Below are positions 32,407-43,437 of a stretch of 64,000 bases of DNA, piece after piece; position 1 is the stretch's first letter; each line of letters starts with the position of its first letter. The notes beneath the pieces are model-generated. The model worked only from the letters and a program-made list of their open reading frames with translations, was not told the origin of the DNA and did no database searches. The DNA is taken from positions 64,001 through 128,000 of the forward strand of contig CAXXFV010000029.1 in NCBI GenBank assembly GCA_963674595.2, in the 5' to 3' direction. The DNA is from a bacterium (GTDB lineage Bacteria > Zhuqueibacterota > Zhuqueibacteria > Residuimicrobiales > Krinioviventaceae). The position numbers and the translations under genes are program-made.

Positions 32407-32556
32407 ACAGACTCCTTGTTTTCAGCTAGCATGGTTTTCTTAATTAAAATTTTTGATTGTTCAAGGATTAATACCTTAATGGCGGTAAATCAGCTAAATG
32501 ACATCAGGAGTTCCCCTGCTCAACCTGAATAACAATCTTTTGAGGCTGACAGCATA

Positions 32557-32585
32557 ACGATACAGACTTTTCTAAACTAGTGCAA
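32557..32585 (-). promoter_or_regulatory. Repeated sigma70-like promoter, upstream of the serine hydrolase
   Basis: On the minus strand: TTGCAC-17-TATCGT followed by a diverged leader. Confidence 0.6.
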
Positions 32586-32753
32586 GTATTTTTTGAGAAA
32601 TATTCTGGATGTTTTAAGAGGCGTCATCCTGTGCGGCTCCAAAGCGGACGCTGAGCGGAGTCGAAGGATTGATCATTCCGGGATTCTACCCCGGTACGGA
32701 TTAAAAAGAGGGCTTGGCCCTCCATAAAAACCCTCATTTTCCTTATAAAACAC

Positions 32754-32782
32754 TTGCGCCAATTCCATAGAATTTGTATTAT
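32754..32782 (+). promoter_or_regulatory. Repeated sigma70-like promoter, upstream of the second LVIVD gene
   Basis: TTGCGC-17-TATTAT followed by the conserved leader. Confidence 0.7.
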
Positions 32783-33163
32783 TCGTTTATCAGCCATAAA
32801 GGACTGTTTTCAGGACAATTGGTCGCGCACGGGAGTTCCTGATGTCCTTTTGCTGATTTACCAGCTTTTTCTTTAATATGGGATTCAAAAGCGCACACGA
32901 TAAAGAGATTGCGTCGGTCACAAAATCACGTTCCTGTTATTTCACGGTCGATATTATTGGATGTATGTGGTTTGTCGTTAATAAATTGGAAAATTTATTA
33001 CAGGGAAATCAGCTATCTATTCGTTGTTGTATAACATATATTTGGACAAATTATTTTGAAATCTATCACAAGTTATCAAACTCTTTCAACACTATATTAG
33101 GCATAATAATATTATAATTAATTGTTCCACTCTTTTGAATAGTTTTTTAATATTAAAGGAGGA

Positions 33164-35482
33164 ATGATGAATTTTATAACTTTCTCTAAAACAAATAGGA
33201 TAAAGAAATTTATATTTTGTTTTTCTGCCTACATATTTTTATTTCTCACAAATTCTATAATATCACAAACTATTGAACCAATAAATGAAAGTTTTATGTA
33301 TGGGGAATATGACAATGTTAAAGTAGTAGGAACGAAATTATATTCTACAAATGGTTATGGTTTAAAGATATTTGATATTTCTTCTCCAGATACTCTTATT
33401 CCAATTAGTAATTTTAGAACCGAAGGTATATCTAAAAGACTTTCCAATATAGGGAATAATTATATTGTACTTTCTAATGAAATTGAGGGATCAAAAGGTA
33501 TAGAAATTATTGATGTTCAAAATCCAATAAATCCAAAGGGAGTATGGAGTTATGAGATTCAATGTTATGATCATATTGTAAGAGAAAACAGACTTTATGC
33601 TGCTTGTGAGGGGAGTATAAAAATATTTGATATTAACGATCCAACAAATCCCATATTAATATCAAGCTTTATTCTAAAATCGGCAAGACGCATTTGTTTA
33701 AATGATAATATGTTATACGCTATAATTCCCAATCAGCTATTTGTTATCAATATTAGTGACGAAATTAATCCTGTGACTGTTGGAAGATTGATATTGGATT
33801 ATAATGGTGAAATTAGATATTTAACTTATAATAATTTCCGTCTTTATACTAACAAAAATTATGACATTAGTATAAGTATTAGTGTGTACAATCCATCAAA
33901 TCCTTACATTATAAATGAATTAGATTTGGGTCCTATAGAGATTAGGGACTTTAAATTTTCAAATGATTATTTTTATACGATTGGCAGAATTTCTAATCAA
34001 GTTTATCCTTATCAGGGAATCCTGAAGATTGGTTCAATCAGCAATACAGATCATCCACAAGTTATTGCAGAATATGAATTACCACGTTGGACTGATTTTA
34101 AAGCAATCGATATCAATAATGATTACGCTTACGTTTCTCTTAGTGGTTCAGGTATTCAAGTGATCGACTGTTCGAATCTTGAGCAACCGACTGAAATTTC
34201 ATGGTGGACAGAATCGATTACTCCTGTTATGGATATTTCTTTGGGTGATAATTATGCAATAACAGCTTGTAGTTATGGTATTAAAATTTATGATCTCTCA
34301 ACTCCGCAAAATCCAAGTTTAGTTAGTTCTTTGTACGGTGTGGGATATTATGAATTGTTTTATAGTGAATTAGTAGTTACAAAAATTTTTATAATTAATA
34401 AAAACTCTGCGCTTGCAATTCAACCATATATTGATAATGTGTCACAACTTGTTTTGGATGCTGTTTTAATTGAAACTTCTGACCTTGCTAACCCTGTTGT
34501 TGTTGGCGCACTAGAACACACCGCTGGTTCAAGAGATTTTTTCGTAAATGGAGATTTTTTATATTGTGTCGGTGAGGATTGTGGTTTTACAATCTATAAT
34601 ATTTCTGATCCTTTTTCCCCAAAATTAATTTTGAATACATTTGAAAGTAATTTTCATGGTTGGGGGGTTTCTGTTGTTGGTAAATATGCATACATTACTG
34701 TATCCCATTATATGGGTTATAATAGAGGTCTCTATATTTTTGATATTTCTGACCCAGATAACTTAATAGAAATTGGTCATTGCAAGATGCGGCATGGTGA
34801 CATTGAAATTAAAGAAGATTTTGCTTTTATCGTGACGGATTACTCAGATTTGTACTTTACTAAGTCGGGTGTATTTTTACAAGTTGTTAGTATTACAGAT
34901 CCTTCTAATCCATATCTCATAAAAACAGTTGAAATAGATGATAAATATAAAGAGTATCGTCAATTAAAAATAACAATTAAAGGTAATTATGCATATATCT
35001 CTATGGATGAATTAGGTTTTAAGATAGTTGATATTTCAGACCCACATAATCCGAATATAGTTGCAAAATATGATACCCCTGGATATACTTTAGGGCTTGA
35101 TATTAATAATGATTATATATACACAGCAGATTATTATGATTTAGGAGTATATAAATTTGAACCAGCGGCCGGAGTATCAACTCCTATGAATTCCTTTATT
35201 CCAGATAAATTCTATCTATCTCAAAATTATCCTAATCCTTTTAATCCGACAACTAAAATCCAATATCAATTACCTGAAGCTTGTCATACGAGTGTTAAAA
35301 TCTATAATATTTACGGACAAGAAATAAAAGCTCTTGTTGATCAGAATCAACAATCAGGTATTTATTCTATAGTTTGGGATGGAAAAAATAATGAAGGTAT
35401 GGATGTAAGCTCTGGTTGTTATATTTATACAATACAAGCTGGTGATTTTCGTGCATCGAAAAAAGCTATATTTTTGCATTAA
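33164..35482 (+). CDS. Secreted LVIVD-repeat protein with YPNPFN/FlgD-Ig C-terminal domain
   Basis: Repeats of type IFDISxPxNP; QNYPNPFNP...WDGKN...SSG.Y. Confidence 0.88.
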   Translation: MMNFITFSKTNRIKKFIFCFSAYIFLFLTNSIISQTIEPINESFMYGEYDNVKVVGTKLYSTNGYGLKIFDISSPDTLIPISNFRTEGISKRLSNIGNNYIVLSNEIEGSKGIEIIDVQNPINPKGVWSYEIQCYDHIVRENRLYAACEGSIKIFDINDPTNPILISSFILKSARRICLNDNMLYAIIPNQLFVINISDEINPVTVGRLILDYNGEIRYLTYNNFRLYTNKNYDISISISVYNPSNPYIINELDLGPIEIRDFKFSNDYFYTIGRISNQVYPYQGILKIGSISNTDHPQVIAEYELPRWTDFKAIDINNDYAYVSLSGSGIQVIDCSNLEQPTEISWWTESITPVMDISLGDNYAITACSYGIKIYDLSTPQNPSLVSSLYGVGYYELFYSELVVTKIFIINKNSALAIQPYIDNVSQLVLDAVLIETSDLANPVVVGALEHTAGSRDFFVNGDFLYCVGEDCGFTIYNISDPFSPKLILNTFESNFHGWGVSVVGKYAYITVSHYMGYNRGLYIFDISDPDNLIEIGHCKMRHGDIEIKEDFAFIVTDYSDLYFTKSGVFLQVVSITDPSNPYLIKTVEIDDKYKEYRQLKITIKGNYAYISMDELGFKIVDISDPHNPNIVAKYDTPGYTLGLDINNDYIYTADYYDLGVYKFEPAAGVSTPMNSFIPDKFYLSQNYPNPFNPTTKIQYQLPEACHTSVKIYNIYGQEIKALVDQNQQSGIYSIVWDGKNNEGMDVSSGCYIYTIQAGDFRASKKAIFLH

Positions 35483-35805
35483 TAAAATATAAAATTTAAT
35501 ATCATTAAGTATATGATTCTTTACTAGTCGTTTGCTCCATCGGGAAATCTTCATAGGGGCGGAATTAGGCGGGATAATTACCCAGATAAACGAAAGGTTT
35601 AATGTTGTAAATATTAATATGGGTCCATTATTTAAGAATTGAACAGGGTATATGCCCTGGTTTATTAAATCTCAGAGAATACCCCGGTTCCGCTCGGGAT
35701 GACGTGTAGATGGATTAAAAGCGGTGTTACCCTGAAGCGAAGACAAAGAGTGCCTGGATTCCTGCTTTCCCCCAAATAACAGGCTTCGATCTATATTGAT
35801 ATTAT

Positions 35806-35834
35806 AAAAAAGGCCGGTCAAATAACCGGCCTTT
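35806..35834. terminator. Intrinsic terminator (same hairpin as 31266)
   Basis: AAAAAAGGCCGGT-CAAATA-ACCGGCCTTT immediately after the rhamnosidase stop codon. Confidence 0.75.
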
Positions 35835-35837
35835 GTC

Positions 35838-38800
35838 TTATCTCACACTAAACTCAAAAGTCCCGGATGTCAGCTTCAAATGCGTATACGCCGGGGTTTG
35901 CCCTGCCAGTGTTATTCCTTCCGCAGTGCCCGCCATTTGACCGTTTTCGATGATTTTTTCTCCCGATTCAAATATAACGGGTTTTTCTGTGCCGATATGC
36001 GGCATATAAAAATCCGAGGTGGTGTTGGCCGGAATCACCAGAAAAATCTGAAATCCCTTGTCCTTGTTCTCCCAGGAAATTTTCACATCGCCGTATCCGG
36101 TAGCCAGACTGTAATTGACATAATCCAACCCTTTTACCGGATAGGGCCTGATAATGGAGTTTTTAAATCCCGGTTTATCGGCATCCGGTTTCAGTCCGGC
36201 CAGGTATCCGTAAAACCATTCACCGACAGACCCCAGGGCAAAATGGTTGCGGGAGTTCATACTCGGACCTTCGGTGTCGCTGTTCCACAACTCCCAGATG
36301 GTGGTGGCGCCCTTTTCAACCATATATCCCCAGGAGGGATAGGTGTGCTGGTCGGCAACTTTATAGGCCAGCGCATTGTGACCGTAATCGCTCAGCATGG
36401 GCAGCAAATAGGCGGTCCCTAAAAATCCGGTTGTGAGATGGTTGTCGTGCTTTTTCACGTTATCAACCAGACTGTTAACCACGGCCGCTGTTTCCTGTTC
36501 CGGGGTAATGCCGAATGCCAAAGGCAGCAACTGCGCGGCCTGGGTTTCTCCTTCATAATATCCGGTGGATTTGTTGTAATATTTTTCCTGAAAAGCTTTT
36601 TGGATTTTTTCCGCCAGGGCGTGTAATTCCTGCGCCTCTTGTTTTCTGTCGATAATGTCGGCCATGTGCGCGAGGAGTTTGGTGCTGTAATAAAAATAGG
36701 CCGCGCCGATGGGTTTGGACGGCGATTTTTCAACAGCAATCCAGTCGCCGTAACCCTCCCGGTCATAAATATAATTTTTGCTGTTGTTTTGCATGTATTT
36801 GATCCAGTTATACATGCCGTCAAACTGCTCTTCTATAATACGTTTGTCGCCGTAAAAGCGGTAAATCGTCCAGGGGATGGTGACAACCGCATCACCCCAG
36901 CCCGGTTTGGCCGGTCCTTTAACAGCCAGCGTGGGACTGACATTGTGCACGGCGCCGTCCTCGTCCTGACAATCGGTAATGTCCCGCTGCCATTTTGTAA
37001 AAAAGAGGGCCATGTTGCGGTTATAACAGGCCGTGGGCGCAAATATCTGCGCATCACCCATCCAGCCCAGGCGTTCGTCGCGCTGGGGACAGTCGGTGGG
37101 AACGCTGTGCAGGTTGCCGATCAGGCCCCAGTTGATGTTATGGTGGATGGCATTTATCAGGTCATTGGAACAGGAAAAATCCCCGCTCTGCGGCGCATTG
37201 GAATGCAGCACCATGCCGGTAATCATGTCCTTGTTTGGTTTTTCCGAAATACCGGTCACTTCCACATAACGAAATCCGCGATAGGTAAAATGGGGCATCC
37301 AGGTTTCGGTGCCTGTGCCTTTTAATGTATAAAAATCTGTTGTGCGGGCGTTGCGCAGATTGTCCCGGTACAGTGTACCGTCCGGTTTGAGCAGTTCGGC
37401 AAAACGCAGTTTAACCTGATCACCGGCTTTGCCTTTTACTTTCAGTTCTGCAAATCCCACCATATTTTGACCCATGTCAAATATATAAACACCGGGTTTG
37501 GGTTCGGATATGGAAACCGGCTTGAGCTGATTGGTAATCTGGATGGTCTGCGTCTGTTGACAAACGCGTTTGGCGCCGTTGTCCGGATAAACCGTTGCCG
37601 CTTCCCAGGACGCGTCGTCAAAACCGCCCTTGTCCCAGTCTTTTTGCTCCATACGCGCGTCATATACTTCGCCGTGGTAGACCGTGTTTTCAAGAATGGG
37701 AGAATTTGTAACGCGCCAGGTTTCATCCGTAACAACGGTCTTTTTGGTGCCGTCGGCAAACTCTATTTCAGCCTGCATTAAAAACCGCAGCGGGCCTTCG
37801 CTGTAAATGGCGGCATTGCGTCCGCCCATACCGCTGCTCCACCACATGTTGCCGAGCAGCGCGCCGAATGCGTTTTCGCCTTTTTTGAGAACAGACGTAA
37901 TATCATAGGTCTGGTATTGTATTTTTTGGGGATAATCGGTCCAGCCGGGGGTAAACAGATCGCTGCCGATACGCTGACCGTTTATATAAAGAATATAAGA
38001 ACCGAGTCCGGTCACATAGACACGGGCGCGGGCAATTTTTTTGTCCAGATGTGTTGATTTTCGCACCATGGTTGAACGGGCCGGGGTATGGTGGCCTTCG
38101 AGTACACCCCATTCCGGACCGCCGTAGGGTTCCAGAACTTTAACGGACTGCCAGTTGGTTGTCCGGGTCTGCCAGTCCTGCGATGATGTGGAACATAACC
38201 AGGAACCGTCCGTGTTAACAGCCGATTCTGTGCCGTCGTTATGGGTTATTTTGGCGCTAAAAATCAATCCGCAAATATCACCGGCTGTGTTGGCTGCCTG
38301 AATGGCTATTTTGTTTTCCCCGGATACCAGTTTATCGGTAATATCAAATTCATAAATTTTTGCCCAATGCTTGCCCGAACCGATTTCCCGGCCGTTTATG
38401 TAAAGAGTGAATTTATTGTCCGCTGTTACTTTAACAACAGCCATTTGCACCTGTTTATCCAGGCTAAACGTTTTTTGATAATAAACGGGCGTGTTAATGC
38501 CGATTTCTGTGGGGTGCCAAATCCAGAATCCCCAGGGCCATTTTTTTATTTCCGGTTTGGGCTGCTGTTTTGCACCGACCCACTTTGCCTGCCAGTCATC
38601 AGGGTCCAGCAGACCCGTTTCCCAGCACGCCGGGGCGCTGAATGACAGGGGCTGTCCCTTTTCGTCCCATATTTTTACCTTCCAGAAATATTTTTTCCCG
38701 GAACGCAGTTTTTTGCCTTTACAGGGAACATGCACCGACTGGTCTGATTCGACTTTGCCGCTGTCCCATACATCTCCATCATCGTTTTGCAGTTGCTCCA

Positions 38801-39053
38801 GTGAACCGGCAACGAGAATATGATAAGCGGATTGGCCGCTTCCTCGGTGAACATGAGGCACGTGCCAGGACAGTCTCGGGGAGGGGCTGTCAATTCCCAG
38901 CGGGTCAGTTTGATATTCACATTTCAGTTCATAGGCTTTATCCGGCATTTGTTTTTCCTTTACGCAGCTAGGGTGAAAAAGGCAAAAAATAATTATTAAA
39001 ATACTCGCTGATAAAATTTTGTTGAAAAATCCGGGCATTTTTTCCTCCTGCAC
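35838..39053 (-). CDS. Alpha-L-rhamnosidase (GH78)
   Basis: PTDCPQRDERLGWMGDA, GATTIWELW and SRNH motifs. Confidence 0.93.
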   Translation of the reverse strand: MQEEKMPGFFNKILSASILIIIFCLFHPSCVKEKQMPDKAYELKCEYQTDPLGIDSPSPRLSWHVPHVHRGSGQSAYHILVAGSLEQLQNDDGDVWDSGKVESDQSVHVPCKGKKLRSGKKYFWKVKIWDEKGQPLSFSAPACWETGLLDPDDWQAKWVGAKQQPKPEIKKWPWGFWIWHPTEIGINTPVYYQKTFSLDKQVQMAVVKVTADNKFTLYINGREIGSGKHWAKIYEFDITDKLVSGENKIAIQAANTAGDICGLIFSAKITHNDGTESAVNTDGSWLCSTSSQDWQTRTTNWQSVKVLEPYGGPEWGVLEGHHTPARSTMVRKSTHLDKKIARARVYVTGLGSYILYINGQRIGSDLFTPGWTDYPQKIQYQTYDITSVLKKGENAFGALLGNMWWSSGMGGRNAAIYSEGPLRFLMQAEIEFADGTKKTVVTDETWRVTNSPILENTVYHGEVYDARMEQKDWDKGGFDDASWEAATVYPDNGAKRVCQQTQTIQITNQLKPVSISEPKPGVYIFDMGQNMVGFAELKVKGKAGDQVKLRFAELLKPDGTLYRDNLRNARTTDFYTLKGTGTETWMPHFTYRGFRYVEVTGISEKPNKDMITGMVLHSNAPQSGDFSCSNDLINAIHHNINWGLIGNLHSVPTDCPQRDERLGWMGDAQIFAPTACYNRNMALFFTKWQRDITDCQDEDGAVHNVSPTLAVKGPAKPGWGDAVVTIPWTIYRFYGDKRIIEEQFDGMYNWIKYMQNNSKNYIYDREGYGDWIAVEKSPSKPIGAAYFYYSTKLLAHMADIIDRKQEAQELHALAEKIQKAFQEKYYNKSTGYYEGETQAAQLLPLAFGITPEQETAAVVNSLVDNVKKHDNHLTTGFLGTAYLLPMLSDYGHNALAYKVADQHTYPSWGYMVEKGATTIWELWNSDTEGPSMNSRNHFALGSVGEWFYGYLAGLKPDADKPGFKNSIIRPYPVKGLDYVNYSLATGYGDVKISWENKDKGFQIFLVIPANTTSDFYMPHIGTEKPVIFESGEKIIENGQMAGTAEGITLAGQTPAYTHLKLTSGTFEFSVR

Positions 39054-39452
39054 TTTTTTATTAAAAACGAATCCAACAAATTTTCAATGGTATTTAAACA
39101 ATGGTTCAATGTGAAAGGATATTATATTAAAATTTTATGTAATGGAATAAACCTCCATGTTAATTTTTTTCTGCAATTCTTTATGTGAAAAATTTAAGTA
39201 ATCCTGTTTATTATTCCGGTTCTTCTTAAACGCAGAGCCGCAAAGGTCGCAGAGGAATAACCAAGTCATCTGGATTCCTGCTTTCGCAGGAATGACGTAT
39301 CACGATTATTTGAACTGAATCAAATGAATGTATCATTATCTATTTTTTCTTTGTGTTCCTTTGTGTGCTTTGTGGTTCAAAATATAAGGGATTCTACTTT
39401 TTATCTAATCTCATTCAACGTAAAGGTCACAATAATTAAAGCACACACTTTT

Positions 39453-40484
39453 TTATAACGGCAAAGAAACCGTTTTACCGGTCTTAATACTGTCCATAAC
39501 CGCCTGGGTAAATTCCATATACTTGCAGGCGTCTTCAAATGTTGTGTGTTTGATCATTTCCATACCGCGAATGGCGTTGATAAACTCTTCCTCAACCCGC
39601 CAGACACCGATCATTTCAGGCGGAATTTTTATTTCTTTAAATTTGGCCGTCTTTTTCTGGGCGCCATAAATTCTGTTGCCTGAAAATTTCAAGGTACCAT
39701 TGTCGCCGTAAATACAAACACCGCTTTCCCCGGCCAAACCCGTTACTTTGGAAATATGAAAATGGGCCTGTGCCCCGCATGCCATGTCGGCAATGACGTT
39801 GAGGTGGTCGGGTATTTGAATGGACTGGAGTTCCTCATTTTCGTTTTGCCGGGTTTTCACAAATATTTTCCCCATGGCCGTCACCCGAACCGCCGGTCCC
39901 AGCCAGCGCATGACGGTTTCATACCAGATCCCCAGGGACATGGTGTTGTACCCGCTTTTATTAATATCTTCGCGCCAGGTTATTTTTTGTTCCCTGTTTA
40001 TAAAATCATTGCCGTCATGGACCGTTACCACCAAAGGCGTACCGATATGCCCCTCGGCGAGAATGCGTTTTATCGCATCATCATGGGAAAGAGAAAAGGG
40101 GGCCGGAACGATCTGTGTAACCAGATGCGGTTTTTGCCGGGCCGTATCCCGCATAATCTGCGCTTCTTTGGCGTTCATGGCCATTCGTGCTTCGCACAGG
40201 ACATGCTTGTCCGCATTCAGGGCCGCCATGGTCGCGGGAAAATGCATGTTCGGCCAGGTGCCGATAACCACTGCCTGAATGTCCGGGGAGGCAACAAGCT
40301 CGGACCAATGGTTGAATGCCAGGGGAATTCTCAATGCTCTGGTGGCTTTTTGTGTGGATTCCGGTGTGCTGTTGCAAATCGCCGCTATTTCAACGTTTTT
40401 TATCTTTTTAAATCCGGGGATATGTCTGCTTTTTGTGTTTTCACCTGCACCGATTATGCCGATACGAATCGGTTTTTCTGTCAT
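39453..40484 (-). CDS. Gfo/Idh/MocA oxidoreductase
   Basis: IGIIGAG Rossmann fold; KHVLCEARMA. Confidence 0.9.
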   Translation of the reverse strand: MTEKPIRIGIIGAGENTKSRHIPGFKKIKNVEIAAICNSTPESTQKATRALRIPLAFNHWSELVASPDIQAVVIGTWPNMHFPATMAALNADKHVLCEARMAMNAKEAQIMRDTARQKPHLVTQIVPAPFSLSHDDAIKRILAEGHIGTPLVVTVHDGNDFINREQKITWREDINKSGYNTMSLGIWYETVMRWLGPAVRVTAMGKIFVKTRQNENEELQSIQIPDHLNVIADMACGAQAHFHISKVTGLAGESGVCIYGDNGTLKFSGNRIYGAQKKTAKFKEIKIPPEMIGVWRVEEEFINAIRGMEMIKHTTFEDACKYMEFTQAVMDSIKTGKTVSLPL

Positions 40485-40802
40485 GGTTTCACTCCTGTGA
40501 ATAATATAAAATAATCCTGAATCAATAATATAAAAAAGATAATTTTAAATTACAAATTATCTCAGGGATTTTCAAAACCGGTCCTTGTGTATAATGAACG
40601 CTGTTATGAGTGTTAAAAATATAAAAAATTATACATGTAAATTGTGATCTGATTCAAACAAGACCACAAGTAATAAAAAAAATTTTATATGTTCTTTGTG
40701 TGCACTCAAAGAGATTCAACGCAGAACCGCCGAGTTCGCCAAGGTTCGCAGAGGAATACCTGAAAATATCCCGATTCCTGATTTCTATATATATAACAAA
40801 AA

Positions 40803-40873
40803 TGTCATGCCGGAGGCATCTTTCCTGACGTTGAATCGGGTCTTTATTCCGGCAAGATTCATACAGAATGACA
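40803..40873. repeat. TGTCAT...ATGACA-bounded ~70-bp element
   Basis: Copies at 43021-43090 and reversed at 52110-52180, 59702-59772 and 59955-60025. Confidence 0.85.
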
Positions 40874-41138
40874 TGTTTAGATTTGTGTTGAAATGAAAAG
40901 TATTATTCTTTGTGTCCTTAATCTATGCTCCGTGTCCGTTGTGTTAGAAAAATAATCATCAAAAAATGATTCAACGCAGAGCCGCAATGGTCACAGTGTT
41001 CTTTACAAATCCATATCCCCTCTGCGTTCCTCAGCGAGCTCTGAGCCTTTGCGTTTTAAGCGTTTCTGATACGTCGTAATTTTGAGTAATTACCAATCCT
41101 TATAGTAAAGTACCACTCCCATTTTTCTCAAATATCAC

Positions 41139-41167
41139 TTGCGCTCATTTTATAGAATTTGTAATAT
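41139..41167 (+). promoter_or_regulatory. Repeated sigma70-like promoter, upstream of the STAS-like and Gfo genes
   Basis: TTGCGC-17-TAATAT followed by the leader. Confidence 0.7.
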
Positions 41168-41431
41168 TCGTTTACAAGCCATAAAGGACTCTTTTTCAGG
41201 TCGAGTTCGGGCGTACCTGATGTCCTTTAGCCGGTTTTCTTTACATTAAAATGGAATTCAAAAGCACATCCGAGAAAGATATTGCATCGGTCACAGAATT
41301 ATATTGCTGTTATTTCACAGTCAATATTATTGTATATGGTGTGCCCGGCAGTCATAAATTTGAATCTATGGTTTTACAATCCATAGTTAGTTGGCAGGCT
41401 TGTTCAATACTTGATCATCCGGAGAATATCC

Positions 41432-41800
41432 ATGAACTATCATATCGATATTGATAATAAGAATAAGGTTGTTCTGTGTACCTGCAGCGGAGTGCTTGAT
41501 GTGACATCGACAACATTAATGACCAGAGATGTTCGCAAAAGGGCCTTTGATTTGGGTTATGTCTCGCTTTATGACGTAACGAATGTCTCTCTGGATGTTG
41601 GCATTATAGATGCCTATTCCTTCCCGCGAGATATAAAAAAAATATATGAAAAATCCCAGCACCGTTTTGGTAAAGCAGCAGTTGTTTATAAAAACGATGT
41701 AAATTTCTGGAAATTTTTCGAAAACACATCACGAAATACCGGACTGGATATTATGGTCTTTGATGAGAGAGAACAGGCCTTAAAATGGTTGTCTGAATAG
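41432..41800 (+). CDS. Small STAS/SpoIIAA-like hypothetical protein
   Basis: About 122 aa; K.AVV...FFE...N.G..I.VF....A..WL pattern. Confidence 0.6.
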   Translation: MNYHIDIDNKNKVVLCTCSGVLDVTSTTLMTRDVRKRAFDLGYVSLYDVTNVSLDVGIIDAYSFPRDIKKIYEKSQHRFGKAAVVYKNDVNFWKFFENTSRNTGLDIMVFDEREQALKWLSE

Positions 41801-41962
41801 TAAATCATCAACCAATTTAATAAACCGGAATTAAAAAACCATGCAAAATAGCTGGCTGGGTCCCAAAAAATGAAAACAGCCGCCAACTCGTTCGGTTTTG
41901 TTATACATAATTATCAAACTCGATCAATTTCAGGTTATACAAAAATAATTGGATAAACAGAT

Positions 41963-42952
41963 ATGGCAAAAATATCCTGGGGCGTCCTAAGTACGGCGAA
42001 TATTGGAACTGAAAAGGTAATCCCTGCCATGCAAAAGGGGAAATACTCGAAAATTAGTGCCATCGCCTCGCGCCGTCAAGCCAAAGCAGAACAAGCTGCT
42101 CAGGCACTCGGCATTCCAAAAGCCTATGGTTCCTATGAGGCATTGCTGGATGACCCTGAAATTGATGCTGTTTATATACCCCTCCCGAATCATCTGCATG
42201 TTGAATGGGCTGTAAAATCTTTAAAAGCCGGAAAACACGTTTTATGTGAAAAGCCGATCGCCTTAAATTTTGAACAGGCTGAATATTTAAGCAGAAAAAT
42301 TAAGGAATTTCCTGAATTAAAAATAATGGAAGCATTTATGTATCGCTTTCATCCCAGATGGCAGACTGTGAAAAAGTTAATTGCCGATGGAACAATCGGC
42401 ACGGTAAAGCATATTTATTCAATCTTTTCATTTTATGAGGATGATCCGGCCCATATTTGTAATCAGCCTGAACTTGGAGGCGGCGGTTTATTGGACGTCG
42501 GTTGTTATTGTATATCCCTGGCCCGTTTTATATTTAACAAAGAACCTGTTCGTGTTATGGGGGCTATGGAGAACGATCCCAAAATGAAAATAGATCGTCT
42601 TGTATCGGCAATATTGGATTTTGAAGATGGAACCTCCACATTTACCTGTTCAACTCAACTGGCAGATCGTGAATATGCGGACATATTGGGAACTGACGGC
42701 AGAATAGAAATTGAAAATCCGTTTGCGCCTTCACCCGATAGTACAAGCAAAATAATTCATCAGGCAGGACCGGAAACAAGGGAAATAGTTTTTGACGCCT
42801 GTAATCAATATACATTGCAGGGCGATTTGTTTTCTCAGGCAATATTGTCAGATTCAGATGTACCAACTCCTATAGATGATGGCGTTGCAAACATGAAAGT
42901 TTTGGACAACATAAAAAAAAGCTGCCAAAAAGGCAAGTGGATTGAAATGTAA
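41963..42952 (+). CDS. Gfo/Idh/MocA oxidoreductase
   Basis: WGVLSTANIG, GKHVLCEKP and GGGGLLDVGCY. Confidence 0.92.
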   Translation: MAKISWGVLSTANIGTEKVIPAMQKGKYSKISAIASRRQAKAEQAAQALGIPKAYGSYEALLDDPEIDAVYIPLPNHLHVEWAVKSLKAGKHVLCEKPIALNFEQAEYLSRKIKEFPELKIMEAFMYRFHPRWQTVKKLIADGTIGTVKHIYSIFSFYEDDPAHICNQPELGGGGLLDVGCYCISLARFIFNKEPVRVMGAMENDPKMKIDRLVSAILDFEDGTSTFTCSTQLADREYADILGTDGRIEIENPFAPSPDSTSKIIHQAGPETREIVFDACNQYTLQGDLFSQAILSDSDVPTPIDDGVANMKVLDNIKKSCQKGKWIEM

Positions 42953-43139
42953 AATCGTTAATATATTTTATTTCAAAGATATTTTCAGATTCCTGCTATA
43001 TATATAACAAAAAACAAAAATGTCATGCCGGAGGCATCTTTCTGACGTTGATTAGGATATTTATTCCGGAAAGATTCTTACAGAATGACACTCTAATTTG
43101 CAGTGACCGTTTTCACAGGAATGAGGTGTCTCGAAAAAT

Positions 43140-43437
43140 TAGGGCTTGATTTTTTTTAAATTATCCGTTACAATAAAGTATAATTGTTGTTTGGCAACTT
43201 TATGCAGGTCGAAGAGGTCCATAAAGTGGTTTTTTTGTAGCAAACCAAATGCCGGAAATTTACGGCACTTTTTAACAGGGGTAACGGACTTGTGGCTAAC
43301 TACTTATTTATCAGTAAAATAGTTGTGATAAAAAGGGACTGAAAAGTGAAAAAATCGTCTCTGAAAATTCTTTTTTATGGGGGTAACGGTATTCGCCTTT
43401 GTAACATACTGAATATTCATGGTTTGCAAAGCAGGCA
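43140..43437 (+). promoter_or_regulatory. Putative CRISPR leader
   Basis: AT-rich, non-coding, abuts the first perfect repeat; GGGGTAACGG occurs twice (43278, 43380). Confidence 0.65.

Noticed and set aside
32878-33117. Similar small ORFs MGFKSAHDKEIASVT (32878) and MEFKSTSEKDIASVT (41251) as a leader peptide or toxin
   Set aside because: The third copy (~4646) has ACG in place of ATG, and the 3' parts are unrelated. This is more likely a non-coding extension or a gene remnant carried with the promoter module.
35880-40514. Long antisense ORFs overlapping GH78 and Gfo (similar ones overlap katG, xylB and the sulfatases)
   Set aside because: These are shadow ORFs of well-supported genes with no recognisable motifs.
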